Assembly (NCBI GenBank): GCA_030591685.1
Contig: JAUVAX010000005.1
Location: 31,106 to 95,105 of the forward strand
Direction: 5' to 3'
Length of the DNA stretch: 64,000 nt
Source of the DNA: Pseudobdellovibrionaceae bacterium
GTDB taxonomy: Bacteria; Bdellovibrionota; Bdellovibrionia; Bdellovibrionales; UBA1609
Shown here: in pieces, positions 20,167 to 30,419 of the stretch
Layout: every line of letters begins with the position of its first letter
Numbering within the stretch: position 1 is the first letter of the stretch
Made by a program: the position numbers and the translations under genes
Notes under the pieces: model-generated
What the model saw: only the letters and a program-made list of their open reading frames with translations
Databases searched by the model: none
Told to the model about the DNA's origin: nothing

Positions 20167-21966
20167 TTAATCCTCCACCTTTAATATTGCTAAGAAAGCC
20201 TTTTGTGGCACTTCAACGTTCCCAATTTGCTTCATTCTTTTTTTACCCTCTTTTTGCTTTTCAAGTAATTTTCTTTTTCGGGTAATATCACCGCCATAAC
20301 ACTTAGCCGTGACGTCCTTTCTTAAAGCGCCAATAGTTTCTCGAGCTATAATTTTAGCACCAATACCGGCCTGAATGGCAATCTTAAACTGATGACGGCT
20401 GATTAATTCTTTAAGTTTAGCGACCAGCTGCCGCCCTCGATGCTGAGCTTTTGACTTATGAACAATAATACTCAAGGCGTCCACTGGCTCTGCATTTAAT
20501 AAAATATCCATTTTAGCTAAATCAGACTCCCTGTAATCAGCCAACTCATACTCCATCGAAGCATAGCCCTTTGATATAGATTTTAACTTATCATAAAAAT
20601 CTAAGACCATTTCGTTTAACGGCAGGAGGTATTCAATGATCACCTTTGAGTCTGAAATAAACTCCATTTTTTGCTGCTCTCCGCGTTTATCCTCACAGAG
20701 TTTTAAAATATTACCTATATACTCAGGTGGCGTGTGTAAACTTAAAAGCACATAGGGCTCTTTCATGTACTCTATGCCCGCAGGGTCGGGCATATCAGCA
20801 GGGTTTTCTATTTCAAACTCTTCACCGTTTGTGAGTTTTACTTTGTAAACCACGGTAGGAGCTGTCGTAATTAAATTTAAATCAAATTCTCTTTCGAGCC
20901 TCTCTTGAATGATTTCCATATGGAGTAAGCCTAAAAAACCACACCTCATACCAAAACCTAAAGCCGCAGAGCTTTCGTTTTCAAAAGTTAAACTTGAGTC
21001 ATTTAAGGCTAATTTTGCAAGGGCCTCTTTTAGAGCCTCAAAATCAGTCGAGTCTACAGGGTAAATGCCTGAAAACACCATAGGCTTAACCTCTTTAAAC
21101 CCACTCAAGGGCAGATCAGAGCCTTTTTTTAAATGAGTGATTGTATCACCCACTTTAACGTCACTAATATCCTTCATTCCACAGGTTAAAAAGCCCACTT
21201 CACCGGCCTGTAAAAGGCCCAATGGGTCAGGCGTCGGAGTAAATACTCCCAACTTTAATACTTCAAAGTCCTTATCTGAGGCCATAAATTTAATACGATC
21301 CCCTTTTTTAATCTCCCCATCAACAACTCTGACTAAAATGACAACCCCTTGGTAGGGGTCAAACCACGAATCAAAGATCAAGGCCCTGAGTGGCTTTGAT
21401 CGGTCGGCAGTTGGGGGCTGAACTTTTTTAACAACCTCCTCAAGGATCTCCTTAATGCCTTTACCCTCTTTAGCACTGGCTAAAACCGCCTCAGAGGCAT
21501 CTAACCCTATGGCGTCTTCGATCTGCTGTCGAACCCCTTCAGGGTCGGCAGCGGGGAGGTCAATTTTATTTAAAACAGGGATAATATCTAAATCGTTATC
21601 TAAAGCTAAATAAACATTGGCTAAGGTTTGTGCCTCTACACCTTGTGCGGCATCTACAACGAGTACCGCCCCTTCACAGGCCGCCAGTGACCGGGAGACT
21701 TCGTAGTTAAAATCTACATGCCCAGGAGTATCAATTAAATTTAATTGGTAGGTGTTCCCGTCGTCCGCTTTGTACATAATTCGAACGGTTTGGGCTTTAA
21801 TGGTTATGCCGCGCTCTCTTTCGATATCCATAGTGTCGAGAAACTGCTCTTTCATTTCTCGATCAGATAAAGCGCCTGTCACCCTTAAAAAACCATCGGC
21901 AAGAGTCGACTTGCCGTGGTCAATGTGGGCGATTATAGAAAAGTTACGAATAAACTCAGGCTTCAT
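20167..21966 (-). CDS. lepA: Elongation factor 4
   Basis: [19 protein letters not shown] and [18 protein letters not shown]; 599 aa. Confidence 0.99.
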   Translation of the reverse strand: MKPEFIRNFSIIAHIDHGKSTLADGFLRVTGALSDREMKEQFLDTMDIERERGITIKAQTVRIMYKADDGNTYQLNLIDTPGHVDFNYEVSRSLAACEGAVLVVDAAQGVEAQTLANVYLALDNDLDIIPVLNKIDLPAADPEGVRQQIEDAIGLDASEAVLASAKEGKGIKEILEEVVKKVQPPTADRSKPLRALIFDSWFDPYQGVVILVRVVDGEIKKGDRIKFMASDKDFEVLKLGVFTPTPDPLGLLQAGEVGFLTCGMKDISDVKVGDTITHLKKGSDLPLSGFKEVKPMVFSGIYPVDSTDFEALKEALAKLALNDSSLTFENESSAALGFGMRCGFLGLLHMEIIQERLEREFDLNLITTAPTVVYKVKLTNGEEFEIENPADMPDPAGIEYMKEPYVLLSLHTPPEYIGNILKLCEDKRGEQQKMEFISDSKVIIEYLLPLNEMVLDFYDKLKSISKGYASMEYELADYRESDLAKMDILLNAEPVDALSIIVHKSKAQHRGRQLVAKLKELISRHQFKIAIQAGIGAKIIARETIGALRKDVTAKCYGGDITRKRKLLEKQKEGKKRMKQIGNVEVPQKAFLAILKVED

Positions 21967-21982
21967 ATACAGCGCGAACCTT

Positions 21983-23143
21983 TTAAGAAAGAGTTTTTAC
22001 AATATCTTTAAGAGCCTCTACTTTATTGGTGCGCTCCCAAGTAAACTCTTCTTCTTCGCGTCCAAAGTGCCCATAGGCTGCCGTTTTAATATAACGGGGT
22101 TTTAATAAGTCCAGCTCTTTAACTATATCTGCAGGCTTTAAAGTCCAAAGTTCTCTAACGGCTTTTGTTAACAGATCTGGTCCCACTTTACTGGTGCCAT
22201 AATCGTTGATCATGATGCTTACTGGCTCCGCCACACCAATAGCATAGGCCAACTGCACTAAACATTTATCTGCTAGGCCGGCTGAAACAATATTTTTAGC
22301 CACATGTCTTGCGGCATAAGCCGCCGAACGATCTACCTTTGAAGGATCTTTACCTGAAAAGGCCCCGCCACCATGAGCCCCATGGCCACCGTATGTATCA
22401 ACAATAATTTTACGACCCGTTAACCCACAGTCACCCATTGGCCCACCAATAACAAAACGGCCTGTTGGGTTGATGAAAATTTTAGTTTTATCATCGATCC
22501 ACTTATCGGATACAGATTTAGCAATGAGCTCCTCTCGCAAATACGATTGCAAATCTTCTAATGACACGTCTTCAGAGTGCTGTGTTGAAACAACTATGGC
22601 GTCTACTCTTTTAATCTTGCCCGCCTCATACTCAACGGTGACCTGACTTTTACTATCAGGTCTTAAAAAAGATTTTTTATCACTTTTACGGATCTGAGCT
22701 AAATCTTTAACCAACTTGTGTGAAAGGCTCAGAGATAAAGGCATAAGCTCTGGTGTTTCATTCACCGCATACCCAAACATTAAACCCTGGTCGCCAGCAC
22801 CTTGCTCGTGTTGGTCATCATCAACCCCCATAGCAATGTCTGGTGATTGTCGATCTATCGATGTTAATACGGCACACGTTTGATAGTCATAGCCTTTATC
22901 ACTACTATCGTACCCAATTTTTTTAATGGTTTCTCTTACGATTTCTGGCATATCCACGTAACAACTTGTTGTGATTTCACCAGCAAGGGCCACAAAACCT
23001 GTAGAAATCATGGTCTCACAAGCCACTCGGCCCTTTGGGTCTTTTGCTAAAATAGCGTCTAGTACGGCATCAGAGATTTGATCCGCCATTTTATCCGGAT
23101 GACCTTCAGAAACAGATTCACTGGTAAATAGGTAGTCTTTCAT
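21983..23143 (-). CDS. metK: Methionine adenosyltransferase (probable start ATG 23143)
   Basis: [19 protein letters not shown] and GGGAFSGKD motifs; GAGGGG SD before MKDYLF. Confidence 0.98.
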   Translation of the reverse strand: MKDYLFTSESVSEGHPDKMADQISDAVLDAILAKDPKGRVACETMISTGFVALAGEITTSCYVDMPEIVRETIKKIGYDSSDKGYDYQTCAVLTSIDRQSPDIAMGVDDDQHEQGAGDQGLMFGYAVNETPELMPLSLSLSHKLVKDLAQIRKSDKKSFLRPDSKSQVTVEYEAGKIKRVDAIVVSTQHSEDVSLEDLQSYLREELIAKSVSDKWIDDKTKIFINPTGRFVIGGPMGDCGLTGRKIIVDTYGGHGAHGGGAFSGKDPSKVDRSAAYAARHVAKNIVSAGLADKCLVQLAYAIGVAEPVSIMINDYGTSKVGPDLLTKAVRELWTLKPADIVKELDLLKPRYIKTAAYGHFGREEEEFTWERTNKVEALKDIVKTLS

Positions 23144-23237
23144 AAAACTATACCCCTCGAAGTTAAAGTTTAAAGATAAACCTTTACCAGAAAACATCCC
23201 CAGCGGTCAAATTCGACAATCAAAACAAATGGGACAC

Positions 23238-23268
23238 AAAAAAACCCAGCCACGACTCTGCTGGGTTT
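23238..23268 (-). terminator. Rho-independent terminator after hpf
   Basis: 9-bp inverted repeat AAACCCAGC/GCTGGGTTT with a 9-nt loop, ending in a T7 run on the minus strand. Confidence 0.8.
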
Positions 23269-23297
23269 ATAAGCTTAATTTGAATTTAAAGTTAAAG

Positions 23298-23687
23298 TTA
23301 GCCTGTTTTCTTGATCTCAAAAAGGGGCTCGCCTTCCCATTGAGGTTCTGTTTGAGGCTCTGTATAGGCCCATTTTTCCCCTCTAGTGGAGTGAGCATAG
23401 TGGTGATCCTGCAGTTTGTTTTTCCTTTTCACCAATTGAGATTTAATCTTATGAAACACCTTATCCACAGAGGCATAGTAGTCATCACTATAAGCCGTAG
23501 CCCTATAAGTGGCCTCATAAGCGTGGATGATCACCTCTACACATCTCTTGTGCCGCTCTGCGCTAACGACCATATGTACGTTTAATGACTTTAGCTCTAC
23601 TTTTTCTATTTTACTAAACCTCTCTGCTGCATAATCAACAAGGCTTTGTGACCAATCGAGGTTTTTGAAATTGCTGTTAAGCTTCAT
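23298..23687 (-). CDS. hpf: Ribosome hibernation factor HPF/RaiA
   Basis: S30AE pattern (KNLDWSQSLVDYA...DYYASVD...QLVKRKNKLQ); near rpoN. Confidence 0.88.
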   Translation of the reverse strand: MKLNSNFKNLDWSQSLVDYAAERFSKIEKVELKSLNVHMVVSAERHKRCVEVIIHAYEATYRATAYSDDYYASVDKVFHKIKSQLVKRKNKLQDHHYAHSTRGEKWAYTEPQTEPQWEGEPLFEIKKTG

Positions 23688-23741
23688 AATCTCCCCTTTA
23701 ATAATTTAATGAGTGAACTTGTTATTTTTACGAACACTTAT

Positions 23742-23749
23742 CTATCGGC
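23742..23749 (-). promoter_or_regulatory. Possible sigma28 -10 element GCCGATAG upstream of hpf
   Basis: 7/8 match to GCCGATAA, 54 nt upstream of the ATG; -35 spacing is not canonical. Confidence 0.45.
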
Positions 23750-23842
23750 AAAAACCAGCCCTTAGCATAGGGGGAGGAGTATAAAAAGGCGCTTCATAAT
23801 GAGGCCTTCTCATGAGTTCACCTTATATGATGAATTAAGAGG

Positions 23843-24805
23843 CTACTTTATGACTCCCTTTTCTTTTAACAGCTCCTTGAGTGCGTTAATGTGATCCAAC
23901 TCATAATGCGCCAGACTATGAATGTTCACTTCTTTTAAAGCCTCCTGGTGCGACATCCCTGAAGTGAGCACATGCCTATCAAAAGTATTTGCCAAACCTA
24001 CCACCTGAGCAAAAACATCAAACTCTTGTTTTTTCACTCCGTAGTGCCCACTGCCATCAATATGCTCTTCATGTTGAGCGATAATATTTATAACCGTTTT
24101 ATCAAAGTGCTTTAGCTTGTCCACCTTCTCAGCGCCCAAACCAGCATGTTGTTTGTATATCTTTAACTCTAGTGGACTCATAGACTCAGGGCCTTGAGTG
24201 AGGTCTAGATCATGCATCGTATGACCAATGTCGTGAAGCAGCGCCCCTAAAGAGATTTGCTTAATTTTCTCTAAATCTTCTGTCAGACCTAATTTTCTGA
24301 CTAAACTCACAGCTAGTGTTGAAACCGATAAACCATGATGGGCTAAGTTTTTATCCGTATTTTCTATAGATAAAACGGCCTTCATGGCTAGATCATCCTC
24401 CTCAAGAAATGTCGCATATCTCCCCATACTATTTTTTGCCTCAAAGTACTTACCTTCGCTCTCTGGGCTCTCTAGCACCTCTTCAGCAGCCGCCTGGTTC
24501 ATGCCCTGAACTATTTCAGAACGGTCCTCAAGTGATCGACCAGAGGACTTGTCGTAAGCTATATCTAAGTTAGCCCTTATATAGCTTTGATAGAACTCCT
24601 CATGCTCGGCTGGTATATACATTTTTTTGAGCTTACGGTCTTTGAGCCTATTCAGGCGCTTTCCCTCAAAGCTATGACCTTGACGAATGTAGTGTATAAA
24701 CTTATCTCTAAGTTGAATGTAGATATCAAAATTAATTTTTTGATCCCCCCTAAGGGTGCTTACTCTCACAGGCACATATTCCAATTGCAAATCTCCTCTA
24801 TTCAT
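23843..24805 (-). CDS. HD-GYP-like metal-dependent phosphohydrolase (probable start TTG 24784)
   Basis: LLHDIG and QHEEHIDGSGHYG (variant of HHExxDGxGYP); AGGAG precedes TTG-EYVPVR. Confidence 0.85.
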   Translation of the reverse strand: MNRGDLQLEYVPVRVSTLRGDQKINFDIYIQLRDKFIHYIRQGHSFEGKRLNRLKDRKLKKMYIPAEHEEFYQSYIRANLDIAYDKSSGRSLEDRSEIVQGMNQAAAEEVLESPESEGKYFEAKNSMGRYATFLEEDDLAMKAVLSIENTDKNLAHHGLSVSTLAVSLVRKLGLTEDLEKIKQISLGALLHDIGHTMHDLDLTQGPESMSPLELKIYKQHAGLGAEKVDKLKHFDKTVINIIAQHEEHIDGSGHYGVKKQEFDVFAQVVGLANTFDRHVLTSGMSHQEALKEVNIHSLAHYELDHINALKELLKEKGVIK

Positions 24806-24816
24806 TTAAAAATAAA

Positions 24817-25320
24817 ATGATGGACGATGTAATACAATACTTTTTAAACGAATCCAGAGGAATACTAGCTGAAATGACAGGCTTGCTCCATGAAATGGAC
24901 GGCAAACCTAAAGAAATTCATATGCTAGAAAATTATGGACAGCTCATGGATCGCGTAATGGGCGGGGCCAAAACTCTCGAGATGCAGTATCAATCCCCGC
25001 TCCTCTCTTATATAACTAGCTACTCTGAGCTCTGCAAAACAATTAGCTATAAAGGTTCTCAGTTAAAAGGAAACCCAGAGTTTGGGATCGTCATTGTTGC
25101 TTTTTTACTAGATGCCACCGAAATGCTTGAAGAGTTAATTAATGGCCTTGGCAGCGAAGAGCAGTATCAAGTCAAAGACCTATTAACTAAAACTTTTTTA
25201 AGCCGACTTCAGCTTATTGGTGAGGGGTTTGACAAAAACATGCGGGGCACACTCCCCTCAGAACGAGACACCGCCGCTCAAAATGAAATCGATAAATTTT
25301 TAAATAGCTTTAATATATAA
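24817..25320 (+). CDS. Hpt/CheA-P1-like helical protein lacking the phospho-His
   Basis: FLNESRGIL...GQLMDRVMGGAKTL resembles FxxE...FRxxHSIKGGA. Confidence 0.6.
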   Translation: MMDDVIQYFLNESRGILAEMTGLLHEMDGKPKEIHMLENYGQLMDRVMGGAKTLEMQYQSPLLSYITSYSELCKTISYKGSQLKGNPEFGIVIVAFLLDATEMLEELINGLGSEEQYQVKDLLTKTFLSRLQLIGEGFDKNMRGTLPSERDTAAQNEIDKFLNSFNI

Positions 25321-25370
25321 GCCTATTAAAAAGAAACTTATTTATTGCCCCTTGATATTAAAAATAAACT

Positions 25371-26831
25371 TTAAAAGTATTTTTTTCTTTTTGAAGACGG
25401 TAGTATTTTGAGCATATCTCTATACTTAGCTACTGTGCGACGAGCTATTTTAATTCCATGATCCTTAAGAAGCTCGACTATTTTTTGATCAGAAAGCGGT
25501 TTTTGAGGAGACTCCTCAGAAATCATTTTTTTTATTTTTAACTTCACTGACTCACTCGCTAATTTATCACCGTCTGTTTTATTAATACCAGAATTAAAAA
25601 AATATTTTAGCTCAAAAAGGCCTTGCGGAGTGTGCACGTATTTACTCGTGGTGACTCTTGAGACCGTTGATTCATGCATCTCTATATCATTTGCAATATC
25701 TTTTAAAATCATGGGTTTAATAAACCCCGCCCCTTTTTCAAAAAAATCTGTTTGGTGCTTAACTATGCTTTCAGTCACTTTATAAATTGTTCTTTGCCTT
25801 TGATGAATCGACTTAATTAACCAAACAGCCGCCTTTAACTTATCTTTAATATACTCATTGGCATCTGAAGAGGCTGTGCCTTCAGCAGCGGCGGCATCTC
25901 CTTTTTGCTTCAAAAGGGTTTTATATAAATTAGAAATTCTCAGTTTTGGCAAGCCGTCTTCATTGAGTGAAACTACGTATTCGTCTCCTACTTTATGGAC
26001 ATACACATCGGGGGTAATATAATAAGTGTCTTGAGTAATAAATGCACGGCCGGGTTTAGGGTCCATAGTGTATATGATTTTACAAAGATCAATGACCTCC
26101 TCAAGTGAGAGACCCATTTCTTTAACAATAGCATTGTAGTTTTTTTTCTCTAAATCACTCAGGTGGTTTTCAATGATGTTTACTAAATCATAAGTGTCCT
26201 CTTCAATGTGCTTTGCCTGGATAAGTAAGCACTCCTTTAAATTACGAGCACCCACGCCCGGGGGGTCAAACTCATGAACAAAGGGCAGCATCTCTTCAAG
26301 GTCCTCTACAGTAAGCCCTTCGCTTTTTGCAATTTCGGATAAGGACACTTTTATATAACCACTGTCCTCAATGTAGTTAATAATGATCTTTACAAAAGTC
26401 TCTTCTTCTTCGTTAAACCCTGAGAGACCCATTTGCCAAAGTAGATGGTCTTTAAGAGTTTGCTTTGAAGAGATTATGTTTTCATAATTCATAATCTCTT
26501 CATTGCCACCAGACATAGAGGGGGCGGCAGGCTTTTCTTGATTTTCTACAAAGCTATCCCAATCAAATTCATCCTGCTTTGTAGGGTCTTGCTGCTCTTT
26601 TCCGGATTCTGGGTTCACCTCTTCACTAGAGAGTTGGCTGGATTCCTGTGCCGGGTCCACCTCGGAGGTGTCAGACACCTCCTCTAAAATAGGGTTCTCA
26701 TCAAGCTCTTTTCTGATTTCAGTTTCAAGTTCCATTCTTGAGAGCTGGAGAAGCTTAATGGCCTGCTGAAGTTGAGGAGTCATCCTCAACGACTGCGAAA
26801 GCTTCATAGACATTTTCAAATTCATTGCCAT
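25371..26831 (-). CDS. rpoN: RNA polymerase sigma-54 factor
   Basis: TPQLQQAIKLLQL, HESTVSR and RpoN box ARRTVAKYR. Confidence 0.99.
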   Translation of the reverse strand: MAMNLKMSMKLSQSLRMTPQLQQAIKLLQLSRMELETEIRKELDENPILEEVSDTSEVDPAQESSQLSSEEVNPESGKEQQDPTKQDEFDWDSFVENQEKPAAPSMSGGNEEIMNYENIISSKQTLKDHLLWQMGLSGFNEEEETFVKIIINYIEDSGYIKVSLSEIAKSEGLTVEDLEEMLPFVHEFDPPGVGARNLKECLLIQAKHIEEDTYDLVNIIENHLSDLEKKNYNAIVKEMGLSLEEVIDLCKIIYTMDPKPGRAFITQDTYYITPDVYVHKVGDEYVVSLNEDGLPKLRISNLYKTLLKQKGDAAAAEGTASSDANEYIKDKLKAAVWLIKSIHQRQRTIYKVTESIVKHQTDFFEKGAGFIKPMILKDIANDIEMHESTVSRVTTSKYVHTPQGLFELKYFFNSGINKTDGDKLASESVKLKIKKMISEESPQKPLSDQKIVELLKDHGIKIARRTVAKYRDMLKILPSSKRKKYF

Positions 26832-26846
26832 TTAATTACCTGAACC

Positions 26847-27569
26847 CTACAGTTTAAAATTTTCGCCTAAGTAAAATTTACGGGCCTTAGGGGATGCCGC
26901 TACATCTTTAGCCTCACCCTCAACTTCAATCTTTCCATCTTTAAGTATATACGCATAATCACAGATACCCAATGTTTCTCTTACATTATGGTCTGTAATC
27001 AAAACCCCTATACCTTTATCTTGCAGCTGTCGGATGATCTTCTGTATATCACCAACAGCAATGGGGTCGATGCCTGCAAAGGGCTCGTCTAGGAGTAAAA
27101 ATTTAGGCTTTCCAGCAATAGCTCTCGCTATTTCTACTCGGCGCCTCTCACCCCCAGAAACAGAGTACCCGTAACTATCGCGTATGTGCTGAATATTAAA
27201 TTCCGTCAATAATTTTTCAAGCCGCTCTGACCTCGCCGCCCCAGACAAGCCTAAAGCCTCTAGGGCCACAAGGATGTTTTCTCCCACAGTAAGGCGTCTA
27301 AATATACTGGGCTCTTGAGCCAAATAACTCAATCCGTGGCGAGCTCTCTGAAACATGGGCATAGCTCCAATTTCAATATCATCCAAGAGAACCTCACCTG
27401 AATCAGGGGTCACGAGCCCAACAACCATATAAAAACTTGTCGTTTTACCAGCGCCATTGGGGCCTAAAAGACCAACAATTTGACCTGAACTAACATTAAA
27501 AGAAATCGCCTTTACAACTTCACGCGCTTTAAATTTTTTAGCAATGCCTTGAATCTTTAAACAACTCAA
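26847..27569 (-). CDS. lptB: LPS export ABC transporter ATP-binding protein
   Basis: [30 protein letters not shown] and TDHNVRETL; upstream of rpoN. Confidence 0.97.
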   Translation of the reverse strand: MSCLKIQGIAKKFKAREVVKAISFNVSSGQIVGLLGPNGAGKTTSFYMVVGLVTPDSGEVLLDDIEIGAMPMFQRARHGLSYLAQEPSIFRRLTVGENILVALEALGLSGAARSERLEKLLTEFNIQHIRDSYGYSVSGGERRRVEIARAIAGKPKFLLLDEPFAGIDPIAVGDIQKIIRQLQDKGIGVLITDHNVRETLGICDYAYILKDGKIEVEGEAKDVAASPKARKFYLGENFKL

Positions 27570-27571
27570 TT

Positions 27572-28537
27572 TTATTTCTCCAGTTTATCTTTAGTTACTT
27601 TAATATTAGCTTTACGAACTTTAATTATTTTTCCATTATTTAAAAAAATAATTTCATCCCCCCTAAGCTCATCACTACCTTGAACAAGACGAGGGTTACC
27701 TTTAAATATAAACTTATTTTTCAAAAAGTCAGCCTCTACTTGATGCGCCGTCGCCCATTTATTACGATCTGACACCTTAACACCCCCCTCAACAATAACT
27801 GTTTGCAGTTTACCAGCCTCAGGGTCAAGGCCTATGCCGGCCACCGCCCCCGTGATCCTCATGGTGTCCGTGTCAATCACCACCTGGCCAATAAATTTTG
27901 ATAAATAATTTTGACCGTTAAACTGAGCGCGCTGACTTTTGATTTTCACTTCTTTTCCGTTTATAAATCTCTTGATGCCACGAACTTTTGAGACCAGCTC
28001 AATAACAGATTCATTAAGATCACCCTTGAGCCCCTTGGCTGTAAGCAGCATATTAAATCCCCATGGGCCCTTTATTCCAAACATTTTCACTATATTATCT
28101 GAAAAAAGAGAGTGTGTGCTTGCTTTGTAGGTCACTCGATTTGTTTTAAATTTATATCCATTTTCAGATGTTATGATTACATTTCCCTCAATAATCATAT
28201 CTTTATTGACCAAGATCTGACCTCGATCCCCCTTAACTTTATAGGGCAAACCCTTGGTTGTCGTGAACTCAGCTTTTACCTGCTCAACAGTCCAAGAGTC
28301 GTTTTTCTTAAAGCTAACGGCGGTTTGAGCCCAAAGCTCCCAACGCTTCTCACCATTATTCGCTTCAACAAGATGAACTCCCTGCATTTTTTGCAGAACT
28401 TCATCCTCGTCCAATAAGTTGTCAAACTCAACAGCTATAGGCTCCTTAATATCCAAGGTTTGAGGAGCCACTAAAATGATCTCAATAATTAGCACAATGA
28501 ACAGTAAAACAAGGCCAAATTTCCAGCTATTTCTCAT
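27572..28537 (-). CDS. lptC: LptC-LptA fusion LPS transport protein
   Basis: N-terminal TM helix, then an LptC-like jellyroll (WELWA...[12 protein letters not shown]), then an OstA/LptA-like jellyroll (FIGQVVI...[17 protein letters not shown]). Confidence 0.82.
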   Translation of the reverse strand: MRNSWKFGLVLLFIVLIIEIILVAPQTLDIKEPIAVEFDNLLDEDEVLQKMQGVHLVEANNGEKRWELWAQTAVSFKKNDSWTVEQVKAEFTTTKGLPYKVKGDRGQILVNKDMIIEGNVIITSENGYKFKTNRVTYKASTHSLFSDNIVKMFGIKGPWGFNMLLTAKGLKGDLNESVIELVSKVRGIKRFINGKEVKIKSQRAQFNGQNYLSKFIGQVVIDTDTMRITGAVAGIGLDPEAGKLQTVIVEGGVKVSDRNKWATAHQVEADFLKNKFIFKGNPRLVQGSDELRGDEIIFLNNGKIIKVRKANIKVTKDKLEK

Positions 28538-28614
28538 AGTTTGAATTTAACATAAAACCAACGAAACGAGTACCAATGGTTTTTTTGAAAATATTATATT
28601 TTTAATAATTAAGA

Positions 28615-29196
28615 CTAGAGCTCTTCTGTTTCACTCTCTTTTTTTACTACGGCAAAATTTATTTCATGTATTCCCGCTTCAGTGAGAGTATACATGACTT
28701 TCTTAACCGTTAAAAACTCAATAGATTCATCTGCCTGAATCGTCATTTTTCTAAATGAGTCCAGTTTGTACTTCTCGCCCTCTTCATCCTCTGGGTTAAC
28801 AGCCCTTTTTACTTTATTAGACAGTTTCGCCTTCTCTTTTTCCCCTGTTGCAATAAGTTTTTGTACATGATCTTTAAGTTCAGGCAAAAGCCAATCCTCT
28901 TGTTCTCTCACGTACTCCTTATCATAAACCCGCTCATCGTTAAGTAATATTTTTTCTTCAGTAATAACGACAACATTTGATGGCTTTAACTCCTTCACCG
29001 CCGTGGCCTGGGGCAATACTACCTCGTCAGGTATTTCGATAATTTCGCCTGTCATATTGTAATTTTGCAGTAAAAATACCACTAGTACCGTAAACATATC
29101 GACCATCGCTGTTAGTGACAGTGCTGCGACAACATTTCTTTTACTAGAGCCCTGCCTGTTTCGTCTGTTTCTTTTTCCTGGTGTGTGAATGGCCAC
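28615..29196 (-). CDS. ExbD/TolR family motor subunit (AglS/AglQ-like)
   Basis: LTAMVDMFTVLVVFLL TM with conserved Asp; IQADESI...KKVMYT. Confidence 0.92.
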   Translation of the reverse strand: MAIHTPGKRNRRNRQGSSKRNVVAALSLTAMVDMFTVLVVFLLQNYNMTGEIIEIPDEVVLPQATAVKELKPSNVVVITEEKILLNDERVYDKEYVREQEDWLLPELKDHVQKLIATGEKEKAKLSNKVKRAVNPEDEEGEKYKLDSFRKMTIQADESIEFLTVKKVMYTLTEAGIHEINFAVVKKESETEEL

Positions 29197-29669
29197 TACT
29201 TAACCCCCGATGTTGCTACGGCAAGCTCTGGAAACCCAGCGATTAATAACGCATCCATGCCCTTAACCAATTCACCGTAGGCCAAGGAGTCATCAATAGT
29301 AATTACAGCATCATTTTTCTCTGGGTAGGTTTTTTTAATGTCCTTTAAATATGAGAGGAGCTTCTTAAAATCGTACTCGTTATTCACTTTAGGGAACCGA
29401 TGCCTTTTTGTAGAAATTAAAACACGATACCCACTGCGCATGACATCTAACCTGAAAGGGATTTCAGCTTTTGGAGGTGGTTTAGCCACCTTTTCTGTCG
29501 TTTTTTTGCCATAAACTGAACTTCCTATTTGAATCATAGAAACTTGCGACCACACAGCTGTAATCAACAGAAAGATGATCAACACACTCATCAGATCAAT
29601 AAATGGAACTATGTTTGGCTCAACAGCAATTTGCCGACCAGAACCATCACCCTCTTCTATATTTGACAT
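29196..29669 (-). CDS. ExbD/TolR family motor subunit (AglQ/AglS-like)
   Basis: NIVPFIDLMSVLIIFLL TM with conserved Asp; YGELVKGMD. Confidence 0.92.
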   Translation of the reverse strand: MSNIEEGDGSGRQIAVEPNIVPFIDLMSVLIIFLLITAVWSQVSMIQIGSSVYGKKTTEKVAKPPPKAEIPFRLDVMRSGYRVLISTKRHRFPKVNNEYDFKKLLSYLKDIKKTYPEKNDAVITIDDSLAYGELVKGMDALLIAGFPELAVATSGVK

Positions 29670-29679
29670 ACCTTAACCC

Positions 29680-30366
29680 TTAGTATTTCATTTTATCTCG
29701 GTTAGAAGTCACTAGATTCATCATTCTCATACTACTCTCAAGCATATCATTGATGGCCCGACCAATCTTAACCTGAAAAAATCCATAAAAAGTAATTGCT
29801 GTAATCGCCACAGACAAACCAAAGGCTGTGCAGTTTAGTGCTTCAGCTATACCCCTTGTTAACTCTAGTGACTTAGTGGCTGCATCAGCGTTAGCAACAC
29901 CCCTAAAAGACATAATCATACCGATAATAGTGCCCAGCAGACCAATCAAAACCGAAATGTTACCAAATACCGCCAAAAATGAAGTCCACCCTTCAAGCTT
30001 AGGGGTTTCTTTTAAAACCTCAGCATCCATAGCCACCTGGACTTCTTCATCGGGACGTTTATTTAACACTTGAACAAGTCCTGCTTTTAATGTGTTCGTC
30101 AGCGGAGTCTGTTTACTGTCACAAAAAGCAATCGCTTGCTTTAGGTCGCCCCTTAGAAGCATCGAAAATAAGTTTTCATTGAGGTGAGTTTTATTTATTG
30201 TTAAACGCCCTAAAACTGAAAATCTCTCAATAACTAAAAATGCAGTCAACACACCTACTGCACCGATAATATACATGATCGATCCGCCCTCACAAAAGGC
30301 CCGAGCAATAAAATTGCCGCTCGCTTCACATTGCATAACAGCTAACTGTACGACTTCTTCTCCCAA
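29680..30366 (-). CDS. MotA/TolQ/ExbB proton channel protein (AglR-like)
   Basis: LIGLLGTIIGMI and GIAEALNCTAFGL motifs; GGAGG SD plus TTG start. Confidence 0.94.
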   Translation of the reverse strand: MGEEVVQLAVMQCEASGNFIARAFCEGGSIMYIIGAVGVLTAFLVIERFSVLGRLTINKTHLNENLFSMLLRGDLKQAIAFCDSKQTPLTNTLKAGLVQVLNKRPDEEVQVAMDAEVLKETPKLEGWTSFLAVFGNISVLIGLLGTIIGMIMSFRGVANADAATKSLELTRGIAEALNCTAFGLSVAITAITFYGFFQVKIGRAINDMLESSMRMMNLVTSNRDKMKY

Positions 30367-30419
30367 AACTTTCCTCCTAGTAATTATTTAATAACCTTTT
30401 ACTTTTATAAAAAACTCAA

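Noticed and set aside
23229-23585. 118-aa plus-strand ORF
   Set aside because: Antisense to hpf and runs through its terminator.
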